DNA of 64,000 nucleotides from an uncultured Thermoleophilia bacterium (GCA_963702475.1 CAVPCT010000004.1:288001-352000); one strand, 5' to 3'. Positions 38,726 to 47,053 are shown, counted from the first letter of the stretch. Numbers and translations: made by a program. The notes: a model not told the origin generated them from the letters alone.

Positions 38726-39361
38726 TCAGAGCTCCTTGAGCGCGTCGGCGAGGCGCTTCTTGGCCAGGTGCTGCGCCTTGCGCAGGGGCGGCGCGCCGTA
38801 CAGCCAGACCTGGCCGACTGGGTCGGCCGCCGACACCGTGCTGCCGCCGTCGCCGGCGGGGACGACGGCGACCGCGATGAGCAGAGCCCCCGGCGCCAGC
38901 GGGTCGGCCGCGTACGCAGCTGCGGCCGCTTCCGGGAGCGCGACGGAGAGATGCACGTAGTCGTCCGGCAGGCCGGCGTCTATTCCGGTCCCGCGTGTCT
39001 CGGCGACGACGGTGAGGCCCTTCTCCGCCAGCTCGGCGTGAAGTCGTGCGAGCGCGTCCGCGGGAGCGAGGTCGAGCGTGCGTGACAGGCGCCACGCCCC
39101 GCGGCGCACGTGCTCCGGGGCGTCGGCCGGCTCCGGATACGTGGTCCTGAGATACGGGATGATCTCGTTCGCGCCGACATAGGCGTGCCCGTCGTCTTCG
39201 AGCACGGGCACGCCGCTCTGGCCGGAGACGGCCACGACGTCCGGCCGGTCCTCGCGGTCGGCGGCGACGTTGACCGTGTCGTAGGTGAGGCCGAGCTCGG
39301 TCATGGTCTGGCGCACGGTGTGACAGTCCGGGCACCATTCCAGTTGGTAGAACCTGATCAT
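38726..39361 (-). CDS. Glutaredoxin (CPDC) - DUF302-like fusion protein, tandem paralogue
   Basis: FYQLEWCPDC, SGQSGVPVL; shares ADPVGQVWLYG with its neighbour; AAGGAG RBS. Confidence 0.72.
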   Translation of the reverse strand: MIRFYQLEWCPDCHTVRQTMTELGLTYDTVNVAADREDRPDVVAVSGQSGVPVLEDDGHAYVGANEIIPYLRTTYPEPADAPEHVRRGAWRLSRTLDLAPADALARLHAELAEKGLTVVAETRGTGIDAGLPDDYVHLSVALPEAAAAAYAADPLAPGALLIAVAVVPAGDGGSTVSAADPVGQVWLYGAPPLRKAQHLAKKRLADALKEL

Positions 39362-39398
39362 CTGTCCCGACTCCTTGCGGGTGGATGGTGAAAGGTGG

Positions 39399-39416
39399 GC
39401 GGCGCGACCGCGCCGC
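39399..39416 (-). promoter_or_regulatory. Putative bacterial SECIS hairpin
   Basis: Minus strand GCGGCGC-GGUC-GCGCCGC; loop begins 20 nt downstream of the in-frame UGA at 39429-39431. Confidence 0.6.
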
Positions 39417-39419
39417 GGG

Positions 39420-39629
39420 TCAGCAGCCTCAGCCGTAGCCGGTGCGCTGGACGGGCGCACCGCAGTTGGGATCGGAGAGCGGTCCGTTGCGCAGGTAGCT
39501 GCCGAACGACTGCTTGATCTCCTTGCTCTCACACTCCGGGCACTGCTTCTGCTGCGGTTTGACGGCGCCGCGGGTGACGAGCTGCCACTTGTGCCCGCAG
39601 CCTTGGCAGTGCAGGTCGAGAACGGCCAT
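39420..39629 (-). CDS. FmdB-family zinc-ribbon protein, probable selenoprotein (C-terminus ...GYG-U-G-C)
   Basis: CQGCGH...CPECES zinc ribbon; codons GGC TAC GGC TGA GGC TGC TGA followed by a SECIS-like hairpin. Confidence 0.75.
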
Positions 39630-39826
39630 CAGGATACCCCCACCTTGTCCGGGACCCAGGAGAATACGCGACACACCTGTGCACAGGCGCGGCACTCAGT
39701 GCAGAGCTCCTCGTCGATGCGCGGAGCGGAGTAGATGTCAGGTTGCACGATGGCTCCTTCGGGGCAGTACCGCACGGCGGGGCACGGGTGGTTCTGGGGG
39801 CAGGCCTGTGCGTTGACCTCGATCAT
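39629..39826 (-). CDS. Small 4Fe-4S ferredoxin-like protein
   Basis: CPQNHPCPAVRYCPEGAI...CTECRACAQVC. Confidence 0.85.
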   Translation of the reverse strand: MIEVNAQACPQNHPCPAVRYCPEGAIVQPDIYSAPRIDEELCTECRACAQVCRVFSWVPDKVGVS

Positions 39827-40161
39827 GCGATCTTCTCCTCGTGGTTCTCCAGGATGTGGGCCTTGTCTGCCGCCTCGCGGCCGACGATCTCGTCGATGAG
39901 CTGGCAGGCCTGCGAGAGGCGCTTGTCGACGACCTCCCACAGCACGCGTCCGTCCCGGCGCGAGCGCCGGACGAGGCCCTCGCGCTGCAGCACGGAGAGA
40001 TGCTGTGAGACGTTGGGGCGGCTGACCTCCAGCTCATCGGCCAGGTCGCTCGGGGTGCGAGGCTCGTCGCACAGAAGATGCATGAGCTCGTGGCGCGTGG
40101 GGTTGGCGAGCGCGGCGAACACGGCCGCGTGGATCTCGTAGCGTTGGCGGTCTGCGGTCAT
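39823..40161 (-). CDS. ArsR/SmtB-family regulator (1)
   Basis: VFAALANPTR, SRPNVSQHL..L...GLV. Confidence 0.9.
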   Translation of the reverse strand: MTADRQRYEIHAAVFAALANPTRHELMHLLCDEPRTPSDLADELEVSRPNVSQHLSVLQREGLVRRSRRDGRVLWEVVDKRLSQACQLIDEIVGREAADKAHILENHEEKIA

Positions 40162-40170
40162 AGCGGTAGT

Positions 40171-40205
40171 ATTGCCCGAGTTTCGAAATTTCGCAACATG
40201 GCAAT
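40171..40205. promoter_or_regulatory. Inverted-repeat operator between divergent arsR(1) and osmC-like gene
   Basis: Core TTTCGAAATTTCGCAA (one mismatched pair) flanked by ATTGCC / GGCAAT. Confidence 0.6.
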
Positions 40206-40272
40206 CCATGGAGCAGTGAATGGGCCGGCTCACAGCGAGGCCGGTCGTGGACCGAAGCCGGAGGCGCGAACG

Positions 40273-40692
40273 ATGGCGGACATGAGCATCTACTTCCCTG
40301 GCGGCAAGCGTGTGTACGCCGACTACGGCGGCTTCACGATAGAGACCGACCAGCCGACGCGGGGCGGCGGTGACGGGTCCGCGCCGGCGCCCTTCGACCT
40401 GTTCCTCGCCTCCATCGGCACCTGCGCCGGTATCTTCGCTTTGGGCTTCATGCAGCAGCGCGGCATCGACCCCACCGGATCGGGCATCGCCCTGAGCGTG
40501 CACTTCGATGCGGAGAAGGGTCTGATCGGCGAGATCGACATCGAACTGACGCTGCCGCCCGAGTTCCCCGAGAAGTACAGGGGGGCCATCGTGAACGCCA
40601 TGGAGCTGTGCAGCGTGAAGAAGCACCTGCACGATCCGCCGGAGTTCAAGGTGACGGCCGTCGCCAACGAGACGGCCGGTGCGACGAGCTGA
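40273..40692 (+). CDS. OsmC-family protein
   Basis: TDQP..GGGDGSAPAPFDLFLASIGTCAG, FPEKY...CSVKKH. Confidence 0.88.
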   Translation: MADMSIYFPGGKRVYADYGGFTIETDQPTRGGGDGSAPAPFDLFLASIGTCAGIFALGFMQQRGIDPTGSGIALSVHFDAEKGLIGEIDIELTLPPEFPEKYRGAIVNAMELCSVKKHLHDPPEFKVTAVANETAGATS

Positions 40693-40698
40693 CCCGCG

Positions 40699-41313
40699 GT
40701 GATGACGGACTGTGGAGATGATGTGATGGCAGAGGCGTTCCAGGCGGGTCACGGGGGCAAGCTGTCGGCTCCGGAGCGGCTCAGGGCCCTGCCGCAGGCC
40801 GATGTCGTCCGCTTCCTGCGGCTGGACGGCGACGAGACCGTGGTCGACTACGGCGCCGGCACCGGCGTGTACACCGAGGCGGTCGCGGAGGCGCTGCCGC
40901 AGGGTCTGGTGATCGCCGTCGAGGCGCTGCCGGAGCTGGCCGAGCAACTGCGCGCCAAGCTCGATGAGAGTCTGCTCCAGCGCGTGAACGTCGTGGTGAC
41001 CGCCGACAACCACGTTCCCGTGGAGGACGGTTGCGCCGACCGCGTGGTCATGGTCGACGTCCTCCACCACCTCTACGACCAGCCCGGCGCTCTGGACGAG
41101 GCCGCCCGGCTGCTGCGCCCCGGTGGCCTGTTCGTGGTGATCGACTGGGGCGTCAAAGAACGGCCGGTCGGACCGCCGCTCGGACATGTCCTCGGGCTCG
41201 AGGCGGTCAGGTCGATCGCACGGGACATGGGCCTGGAAGAGGTCGAGTCGCACGACCAGGGCGACGGTCTCTGCTGCCACGTGGTGCTCGTGGCGCGGAA
41301 GCCCGCCGCTTGA
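40699..41313 (+). CDS. Class I SAM-dependent methyltransferase
   Basis: VVDYGAGTG, VLHH, LLRPGG..IDW...GPP. Confidence 0.85.
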   Translation: MMTDCGDDVMAEAFQAGHGGKLSAPERLRALPQADVVRFLRLDGDETVVDYGAGTGVYTEAVAEALPQGLVIAVEALPELAEQLRAKLDESLLQRVNVVVTADNHVPVEDGCADRVVMVDVLHHLYDQPGALDEAARLLRPGGLFVVIDWGVKERPVGPPLGHVLGLEAVRSIARDMGLEEVESHDQGDGLCCHVVLVARKPAA

Positions 41314-41424
41314 GCGGCGTCGCGGCGGCGGGTCCTCCCCCCTCACCCGCCGCCGCGGCGCCGTCTCGCGCGAGTACGCTGGGCGGGCGGTCGGGGGCCG
41401 GGCCTGGACCAGGACAGCACCGGA

Positions 41425-41676
41425 TCAGACTCCGCGCCGCACGAACAGCCTGAGGTAGCCCTCCGGCTGGAGCATCCCGAGGTACTCGTGGCCTGAGCGC
41501 TTGGCCCACGCCGGGATGTCGGCAGCGGCGCCGGCGTCGGTGGCCTGCACCTCCATCACGCCACCCACCGGCACGTCCTTGACGGCTTTGCTGGCGGCCA
41601 GGACAGGCACGGGGCACAGCTGGCCGCGTGAGTCGACCACGCGGTCGGGCCGCAGCTCTGTGAGGTCGTCGGGCAT
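41425..41676 (-). CDS. tusA: TusA-family sulfur carrier (1)
   Basis: VDSRGQLCPVP...ATD...DIPAWA...GHEY. Confidence 0.88.
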   Translation of the reverse strand: MPDDLTELRPDRVVDSRGQLCPVPVLAASKAVKDVPVGGVMEVQATDAGAAADIPAWAKRSGHEYLGMLQPEGYLRLFVRRGV

Positions 41677-41785
41677 CGTCCTCTGTGTGCGCGGTCGCGC
41701 GGAACCCCAAACCCGCATCCGCCTCGGGTAGCATGGAGCGGCGCTGCGCATGCGGGCGCCGTCGCCGGACCGACAGGAGGCAGCC

Positions 41786-42148
41786 ATGGCCAGAGAGACC
41801 GTCGACGAGTGGATCGCCGAGGTGAAGGCCCTGCCGGGCGCGGACGGTGTCGGCATGATCCTCGTCCACGAGGGCATCGTGCGCGGCCATTCGCGCTCCG
41901 GTGAGCCGGTCACCGGGATGGAGCTCGGGGTGGACCGGGCACAGCTGGCCCGCGTGCTCGAAGAGGCGGCGACGTGGCCTGGCGTCGTCGCCGTCCGCGC
42001 CAGGGTGAACGACGGATCCCTGGCGGTCGGCGACACCATCATGAACGTGCTCGTGGCGGGGGACGTCCGCGAGCACGTGTTCGGCGCCCTCCAGCAGCTT
42101 GTGGGCAGGATCAAGAACGAGGTCGTGACCGAGCTCGAGACGCGCTGA
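41786..42148 (+). CDS. moaE: Molybdopterin synthase catalytic subunit MoaE-like
   Basis: GMILVHEGIVR, G.LAVGD, GDVR, RIKNEV..E. Confidence 0.75.
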   Translation: MARETVDEWIAEVKALPGADGVGMILVHEGIVRGHSRSGEPVTGMELGVDRAQLARVLEEAATWPGVVAVRARVNDGSLAVGDTIMNVLVAGDVREHVFGALQQLVGRIKNEVVTELETR

Positions 42149-42249
42149 TCCACGTCTGCCGTTCCGGCGCGTTGAGGCGCGCACGGATCGGGCGTCCGGC
42201 GCGAGGGGACGCCCCCCTCGCTTCTCGCCGCCGCCTGCCCCCGCCTGTC

Positions 42250-42301
42250 TTGCTGCGCGTCCGCGCGGCTTGTGATACTCTTCCCATCCGGAAGAGCGGA
42301 T
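42250..42301 (+). promoter_or_regulatory. Promoter (TTGCTG...TGTGATACT) followed by ATCCG-N6-CGGAT operator
   Basis: Palindrome at 42286-42301; the same motif at the same spacing occurs at 44260-44275. Confidence 0.6.
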
Positions 42302-42460
42302 ATACGGATGTGCGCTCTTTCGCAGGGGAGGGATGGAGCGGCGCTCGCCGCCGTGGAGGTCGTGGAGGCGCCGCTTGTGCAGCGTCGAGGTGCGACGGCA
42401 GATCGCGGCTCCATCCGTTGTGGCCCTGCATGTCAGGCAGTCGCGAGCAAGGAGTCAAGG

Positions 42461-43306
42461 ATGTCCGACACCGACAAGGGGATGTCGCGGCGCAAGTTCC
42501 TCGTGGGCGCGGGGACGGTAGCCGGCGCCGCCGCAGTGGCCAGCATGGGCCTCTCCAAGATGGCCTCGCCGGCCGAGGCCGCCGCGGTCAGCGTCCCGTG
42601 GCCCTACCCGAAGACGGCCGCCGACCAGCCCGTACCCGAGGTCGTGGCGCGGCGCGCCTGGGAGGTCTACTGGCAGTCCGGCTGCGCCGAGGCCAGCTGG
42701 TACCCGGTCATCGAGGCCCTTCGGGCAAGTATGCTGACTCCTGGGGCACGATCCCCAAAAACGTGTTCCGTTACGGCGGCGGCGGCGTGGCCGGCTGGGG
42801 TACCCTCTGCGGTACGCTCAACGGCTCGTCCGCCCTCATCGGCATGTGCGTGGGCGATGCGGGGCACCGCACCAACCTCGTCACGGCCATCATGCAGTAC
42901 TACGCCAACACGGCGCTCCCCACCAACCAGGCCTGGAAGTCGTACAAGGGCGAGCTCGGGCTGACCAGCGCGTGGAGCCCGGCCACTGCTCCGCTCAAGA
43001 ACGTGCCCGTCCTCCACGGCGCACTCGCCGCTCTGCCATTCGTCCCTCGTCCAGTGGACCATGACCACCGGCTCCAAGGACGGCGGCCCTCTGCAGCGCG
43101 ACCGCTGCGGCAAGGCCTGCTTCGACCTCGTGCTCAAGACCACCGAGCTGCTGAACACCTACTTCCAGATGGCCACACCGTCGGCCGCTGCCGTCCCGCT
43201 CGACCCCAGCGTCGAGGCGTGCAGGGTGTGTCACGTGACGTACACGGGCGCCAAGATGGCCTGTGACTCGTGCCACGACCAGACGCTGCACAGCGCGGGT
43301 CTGTGA
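42461..43306 (+). CDS. Split-Soret cytochrome c-like (C-GCAxxG-C-C family), Tat-exported; two frameshifts (~42720, ~43010)
   Basis: SRRKFL Tat signal; GCAE; YGGGGVAGWGTLCGTLNG; SPLCH.S; RDRCG; C-terminal CRVCH and CDSCH. Assembled across three frames. Confidence 0.78.
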
Positions 43307-43393
43307 CACGCAGGCGACCGATCTGACCATGAGAAGTCCGGCTCGAGCCTTTGAGCGGCAGCGGGTCCGGGCGCGGATGGAGGTGTTCTTCCA

Positions 43394-44113
43394 GTGAAGA
43401 GAACGAGGATCCTGACCGTGGCCATCATCGCCGTGGTGGCGCTGCTGTGCCTCGGCGCCGTCGGCGCGTTCGCGGGCAAGACGGCCGGCGACATGACCCC
43501 GCCGGTCACCACCACAGAGCCGCCATCGAGCTACGAGGGCGAGGACGTGGGCTTCAGCTTCCACGCCACCGACGCCTCGGGCGTCGCCTACGTGTACTAC
43601 CGCATCGACAAGAGCGTCCTGGACTGCTCCACCGTTCCCACCGACACCGTGCACACGGAGTGGGACGTCACGGTGACGCCGCCCATCAAGGTGGCCGCCG
43701 ACGACCCGCATCCCGAGATGGTGCCGCTCCCCATCGGCGAGCACACGCTCAAGTACTGGTCGCAGGACAACGAGGGCAACGTCGAGGCGCAGCACGTTAT
43801 GACCTTCGTCGTGAACCCCTTGGTGTACCTCGGCAGCAGCGCCACCTCGGTGAAGGCCGGCAAGACCTTCACGCTCTCGGGCACGCTCGAGCCGGCGAGG
43901 CGGCGATGGCGGCGGAGATGGTCATCAAGGCCAAGGCCCCAGGGGCCAAGTCGTACAAGCTCCTTGCCGTCGTCGACAGCGACGCCAAGGGCGCGTACTC
44001 CGTTCAAGTACAAGACGTCGGTCAAGGGCACCTGGTGGTTCCGTACGTCCTTCGCCGACCCGGCCACCGGCATGACCGCGAGCTCGATCCCGGAGACCGT
44101 CAAGGTCAAGTGA
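43394..44113 (+). CDS. Secreted Ig-like/beta-sandwich protein (two compensating frameshifts ~43900-44000)
   Basis: Signal peptide; DMTPPVTT, ATDASGVA..YYRID, GEHTLKYWSQDNEGNVE. Confidence 0.65.
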   Translation: MKRTRILTVAIIAVVALLCLGAVGAFAGKTAGDMTPPVTTTEPPSSYEGEDVGFSFHATDASGVAYVYYRIDKSVLDCSTVPTDTVHTEWDVTVTPPIKVAADDPHPEMVPLPIGEHTLKYWSQDNEGNVEAQHVMTFVVNPLVYLGSSATSVKAGKTFTLSGTLEPARRRWRRRWSSRPRPQGPSRTSSLPSSTATPRARTPFKYKTSVKGTWWFRTSFADPATGMTASSIPETVKVK

Positions 44114-44149
44114 CGCCCCTCAGCGAGATCCGCGGTGGCGGTTCTCAGT

Positions 44150-44194
44150 GGGCCGCGAGGGGTGTTCTTGCCCCTCGCGGCCCTTCTTCTTTCT
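44150..44194 (+). terminator. Rho-independent terminator
   Basis: GGGCCGCGAGGGG-N8-CCCCTCGCGGCCC followed by TTCTTCTTTCT. Confidence 0.8.
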
Positions 44195-44247
44195 GGCTCA
44201 CGGTTGTGAGTGTCTGAGTAAACCAATCTCGTCGGTCGGAAATCAGG

Positions 44248-44275
44248 TATAATAACTGTATCCGCAGAAGCGGAT
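44248..44275 (+). promoter_or_regulatory. TATAAT -10 box followed by ATCCG-N6-CGGAT operator
   Basis: TATAAT at 44248-53, palindrome at 44260-75, upstream of arsR(2). Confidence 0.65.
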
Positions 44276-44327
44276 GGCTACGAAGGCGGCACGGTTGCCG
44301 CAGCGCACTGAGTGAAGGAGCGTCGCC

Positions 44328-44660
44328 GTGGATGAACGTCTGGAACACCAGGTAACGCTACTGCACGCCAGCATCTGCCAGGCGATGGCAGATCCCAAGC
44401 GCATCCTCATCCTGTACGCGCTGAGCGAGCGCGACATGTACGTGCACGAACTGGCAGAGGTGCTGGACACACCTCAGTCGACGATCTCTCGTCACCTCAA
44501 GACGCTGCGCGACAAGAACATCGTGCTCGCCGATCGCGATGGCGCCAGCGTCAAGTACTCACTCGCCGACGCGCGCGTGATCAATGCCCTCGACATCATG
44601 AGGGGTGTGCTGCGCGACATGCTCGCGCGCGACGCCGACCTGGTGCGGCAGCTCGTCTGA
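44328..44660 (+). CDS. ArsR/SmtB-family regulator (2)
   Basis: ICQAMADPKRILIL, QSTISRHL. Confidence 0.9.
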   Translation: MDERLEHQVTLLHASICQAMADPKRILILYALSERDMYVHELAEVLDTPQSTISRHLKTLRDKNIVLADRDGASVKYSLADARVINALDIMRGVLRDMLARDADLVRQLV

Positions 44661-44712
44661 ACGCACGGGGCGGCGGGAGCCCCGACCCTGGGTCTCCCGC
44701 CGCCCCGTGCGT
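44661..44712. terminator. Long GC hairpin between convergent genes
   Basis: ACGCACGGGGCGGCGGGAG ... CTCCCGCCGCCCCGTGCGT. Confidence 0.65.
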
Positions 44713-44751
44713 CCGGCGCCCGGACGCTGGGCTTGTGGCGCCGAGTCTCTC

Positions 44752-45135
44752 TCAGTGCTGGCAGGCGCCTTCGAGCCCGACCACGGGGAGTCCGCCCTTG
44801 ATGAAGGCGGCCACTGCCGTCTTGACGTCGGACCCGTATCCTGCGTGTACGGCGATACCCACCTGATTGAACCCCATGAGCGGGCGGCCGCCGATGCCGT
44901 CCACGACGATGGCGTCGACGTTGTTCTCTGCGAGAACCAGGACGGGGGTCATGCAGCCGCCCTCGACGTGCGGCGCGTTCTCGAGGACGCCAACGGCCGC
45001 CACGCGTCCGTCGACGACGTCGACCATGGTGAAGCAGGCGGCGCGGCCGAAATGGCCCGAACGGGGGGCGTCCAGGCCTCCAGGGTGTTCGGACGGTATG
45101 GCGATGCGCGTGGTCTTGGGATCGGTCATGGTCAC
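44752..45135 (-). CDS. NifB/NifX-family (FeMo-co biosynthesis-like) protein (1)
   Basis: RIAIPS, SGHFGRAACF, N.PH..GGC, GIGGRP, C-terminal ACQH. Confidence 0.85.
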   Translation of the reverse strand: MTMTDPKTTRIAIPSEHPGGLDAPRSGHFGRAACFTMVDVVDGRVAAVGVLENAPHVEGGCMTPVLVLAENNVDAIVVDGIGGRPLMGFNQVGIAVHAGYGSDVKTAVAAFIKGGLPVVGLEGACQH

Positions 45136-45183
45136 TCGCTCTCTGCGTAGGGTTGCTCTGTCAACGATGTGAAAGCGTCGCGG

Positions 45184-45732
45184 TCAGAGGCCTCCCGGGC
45201 CCCCACGGCGCTGGCCGCGTCCCGCGCCGCCTCCGGGCCCACCGGCGCCGCGCCCGCGCCCGCCGCGCCCGCGGCCACTGCAGCCGTCTCCCTCTGTCGC
45301 GGGGCCGGCGCCGCAACGCCCCACCGGGTCCCAGCAGGTGACGACGTCGGGCGACCCGCAGGTGGGACAGGCGCCGGGAGGCGCGTCGCCTTCGCCGGAT
45401 GTCCAGAGCGCCCCGCAGCTTCTGCAGCACAGCTTGCGCGGCTCCACACGGTACTGTCCCCCGCCGATGAGGATGGCCTTTCCCGCGACCAGGGCCTCTG
45501 CGATCTTGGCGCGGCCCGCCTCGAGGACGCGGCCGACCGTCTGGCGCGAGACGCCCATCGCCGCCGCGGCCTGCTCGTGGCTGAGCCCCTCGAGATCGAC
45601 GAGGCGGATGGCCTCGAGCTCGTCGACACCGAGCGGGATCTGCTCCAGCTCGCGGCCGGGGACGCCCGCCGGTTTGAAGAGGGTGGCGTGCGGCACGCCA
45701 CCCACGGCGCGCTCAATAGGTGGACGTGCCAA
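45184..45732 (-). CDS. DUF134 HTH DNA-binding protein with zinc ribbon and Gly/Arg tail
   Basis: TTG start (ARP..R), FKPAG, DELEAIRLVDLEGL..EQAA..MGVSRQT..R..ARAKIA.AL..GK.I.I.GG; CRSCG..CPTCGS. Confidence 0.88.
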   Translation of the reverse strand: MARPPIERAVGGVPHATLFKPAGVPGRELEQIPLGVDELEAIRLVDLEGLSHEQAAAAMGVSRQTVGRVLEAGRAKIAEALVAGKAILIGGGQYRVEPRKLCCRSCGALWTSGEGDAPPGACPTCGSPDVVTCWDPVGRCGAGPATEGDGCSGRGRGGRGRGAGGPGGGAGRGQRRGGPGGL

Positions 45733-45750
45733 GTGATCCTCCATCCGTTC

Positions 45751-45770
45751 TTAGCATATGCTCATTCTAG
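45751..45770 (-). promoter_or_regulatory. AGCATATGCT palindrome operator, copy 1
   Basis: Minus strand TAGAAT-G-AGCATATGCT upstream of the DUF134 gene. Confidence 0.7.
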
Positions 45771-45866
45771 ACGAGCGACGGCGTGCGGGCAAAACGCGCC
45801 CGCGCCCGCGTCGGGTCACTGGTTGCGTCGGTCGTGAGGCTTCACAGCTTCACGTGCCGTGAGTGC

Positions 45867-46231
45867 TCAGGCCCAGTGACCGGCGACCGTGGGAGCGATG
45901 GCCTCGGGGAGTTCTCCACGTGCCAGCGCTTCGAGCGCCTCGCGCGCGCTGACGCCGTTGCCGGCCAAGTAGATGTGGATGCCGCCCTTCGACAGAGCCT
46001 TCGTCGCGGTCGGCCCGACGTTGCCGGTGACGACCGCGTTGACGCCGAGAGCGAGCACGGCGGCTGAGGCTTGCGCACCGGCGCCGGCTGGCGCGTCTGC
46101 TCTGGCGATGTTGTCCATGACGGTCCACTCCCCGAGCCGGTGAGGACGACAACGAACCAGCGGGCGCGACCGAAGCGCGGGTCAACGAGCGCGTCGATGT
46201 CGCCGGTCTGCGTGCCGATGGCGATCTTCAT
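45867..46231 (-). CDS. NifB/NifX-family protein (2), one frameshift ~46130
   Basis: MKIAI...VDPRFGRARWF / GAGAQA...VVTGNVGP.A...L..GEL across two frames; length 365 nt (one base short). Confidence 0.78.
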
Positions 46232-46300
46232 GATTCCGCCCTCCTCGCCCTGATGAGCGCCGAGACCGGCGCGACCCCCTCGGTCGCCGCCGGATTTCAT

Positions 46301-46320
46301 ATAAGCATATGCTCATAATA
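46301..46320 (-). promoter_or_regulatory. AGCATATGCT palindrome operator, copy 2
   Basis: Minus strand TATTATG-AGCATATGCT, between divergent nifX-like(2) and DUF1847 genes. Confidence 0.7.
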
Positions 46321-46390
46321 CACGGACCTCGACATGCGGCAAGCGCCCGGCGGTCGGTAGTATGGAGACGGCGTCGAAAGGAGGCCGAGA

Positions 46391-47053
46391 ATGACATGTC
46401 CCGAGTGCGCCGTCACCGCGTGTTGCCGCGGGAGTGATGGTCCCTTTCCCCGGGACTGCCCGACCAGAGGGCTCGACACTGACGAGCTGCTCGGGGCGTA
46501 CGGCGCATCACCGGACGGCGAGCTGGCGCGACAGGCGGCGCGCGTCGAAGCGGGCGGCTACTGCTCGCTCACACGGCTCGAGGAGATCATGGACTTCGCG
46601 CGCCGCTGCGCGTTCTCGCGGCTTGGTCTCGCTCATTGCATAGGCCTGCAGCGCGAGGCCGCGGTGGTCGTGCGCGTGTTCGAAGCGAACGGCTTCGAGG
46701 TCGTGTCGGTGGCCTGCAAGGCGGGAGCAGTGCCCAAGGAAGCGCTTGGTCTGTCGGATGCGGACAAGGTCTCACCGGGCGAGTTCGAGAGCATGTGCAA
46801 CCCGATCGGACAGGCCCGTCTGCTCGCGCAGGCCCGTACCGAGCTGAACGTCGTCCTGGGCCTGTGCGTGGGTCACGACAGTCTGTTCTTCAGGCATACG
46901 GTGGCGCCGGCGACCGTGCTGGCCGCCAAGGACAGGGTCCTCGGTCACAACCCCATGGCCGCGGTCTATCTTGCCGACGGGTACTACCACGAAAGGCTGT
47001 TTCCATCCGCGCGCGACACGCCCGATGACGACGAGGTCGTCTCCGCCGGCTGA
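46391..47053 (+). CDS. DUF1847-family Cys-rich protein
   Basis: CxxC..CP, TRLEEI..FA, GLAHCIGL, CKAG, MCNPIGQA, GLCVGHDSLF, KDRVLGHNP. Confidence 0.88.
   Translation: MTCPECAVTACCRGSDGPFPRDCPTRGLDTDELLGAYGASPDGELARQAARVEAGGYCSLTRLEEIMDFARRCAFSRLGLAHCIGLQREAAVVVRVFEANGFEVVSVACKAGAVPKEALGLSDADKVSPGEFESMCNPIGQARLLAQARTELNVVLGLCVGHDSLFFRHTVAPATVLAAKDRVLGHNPMAAVYLADGYYHERLFPSARDTPDDDEVVSAG

Noticed and set aside
43227-43242. parS-like TGTGTCACGTGACGTA
   Set aside because: Four mismatches to the consensus; lies within the CxxCH coding sequence.
44752-46231. NifB/NifX proteins as evidence of nitrogen fixation
   Set aside because: Stand-alone family members are common in non-diazotrophic anaerobes; no nifH/nifD/nifK here.
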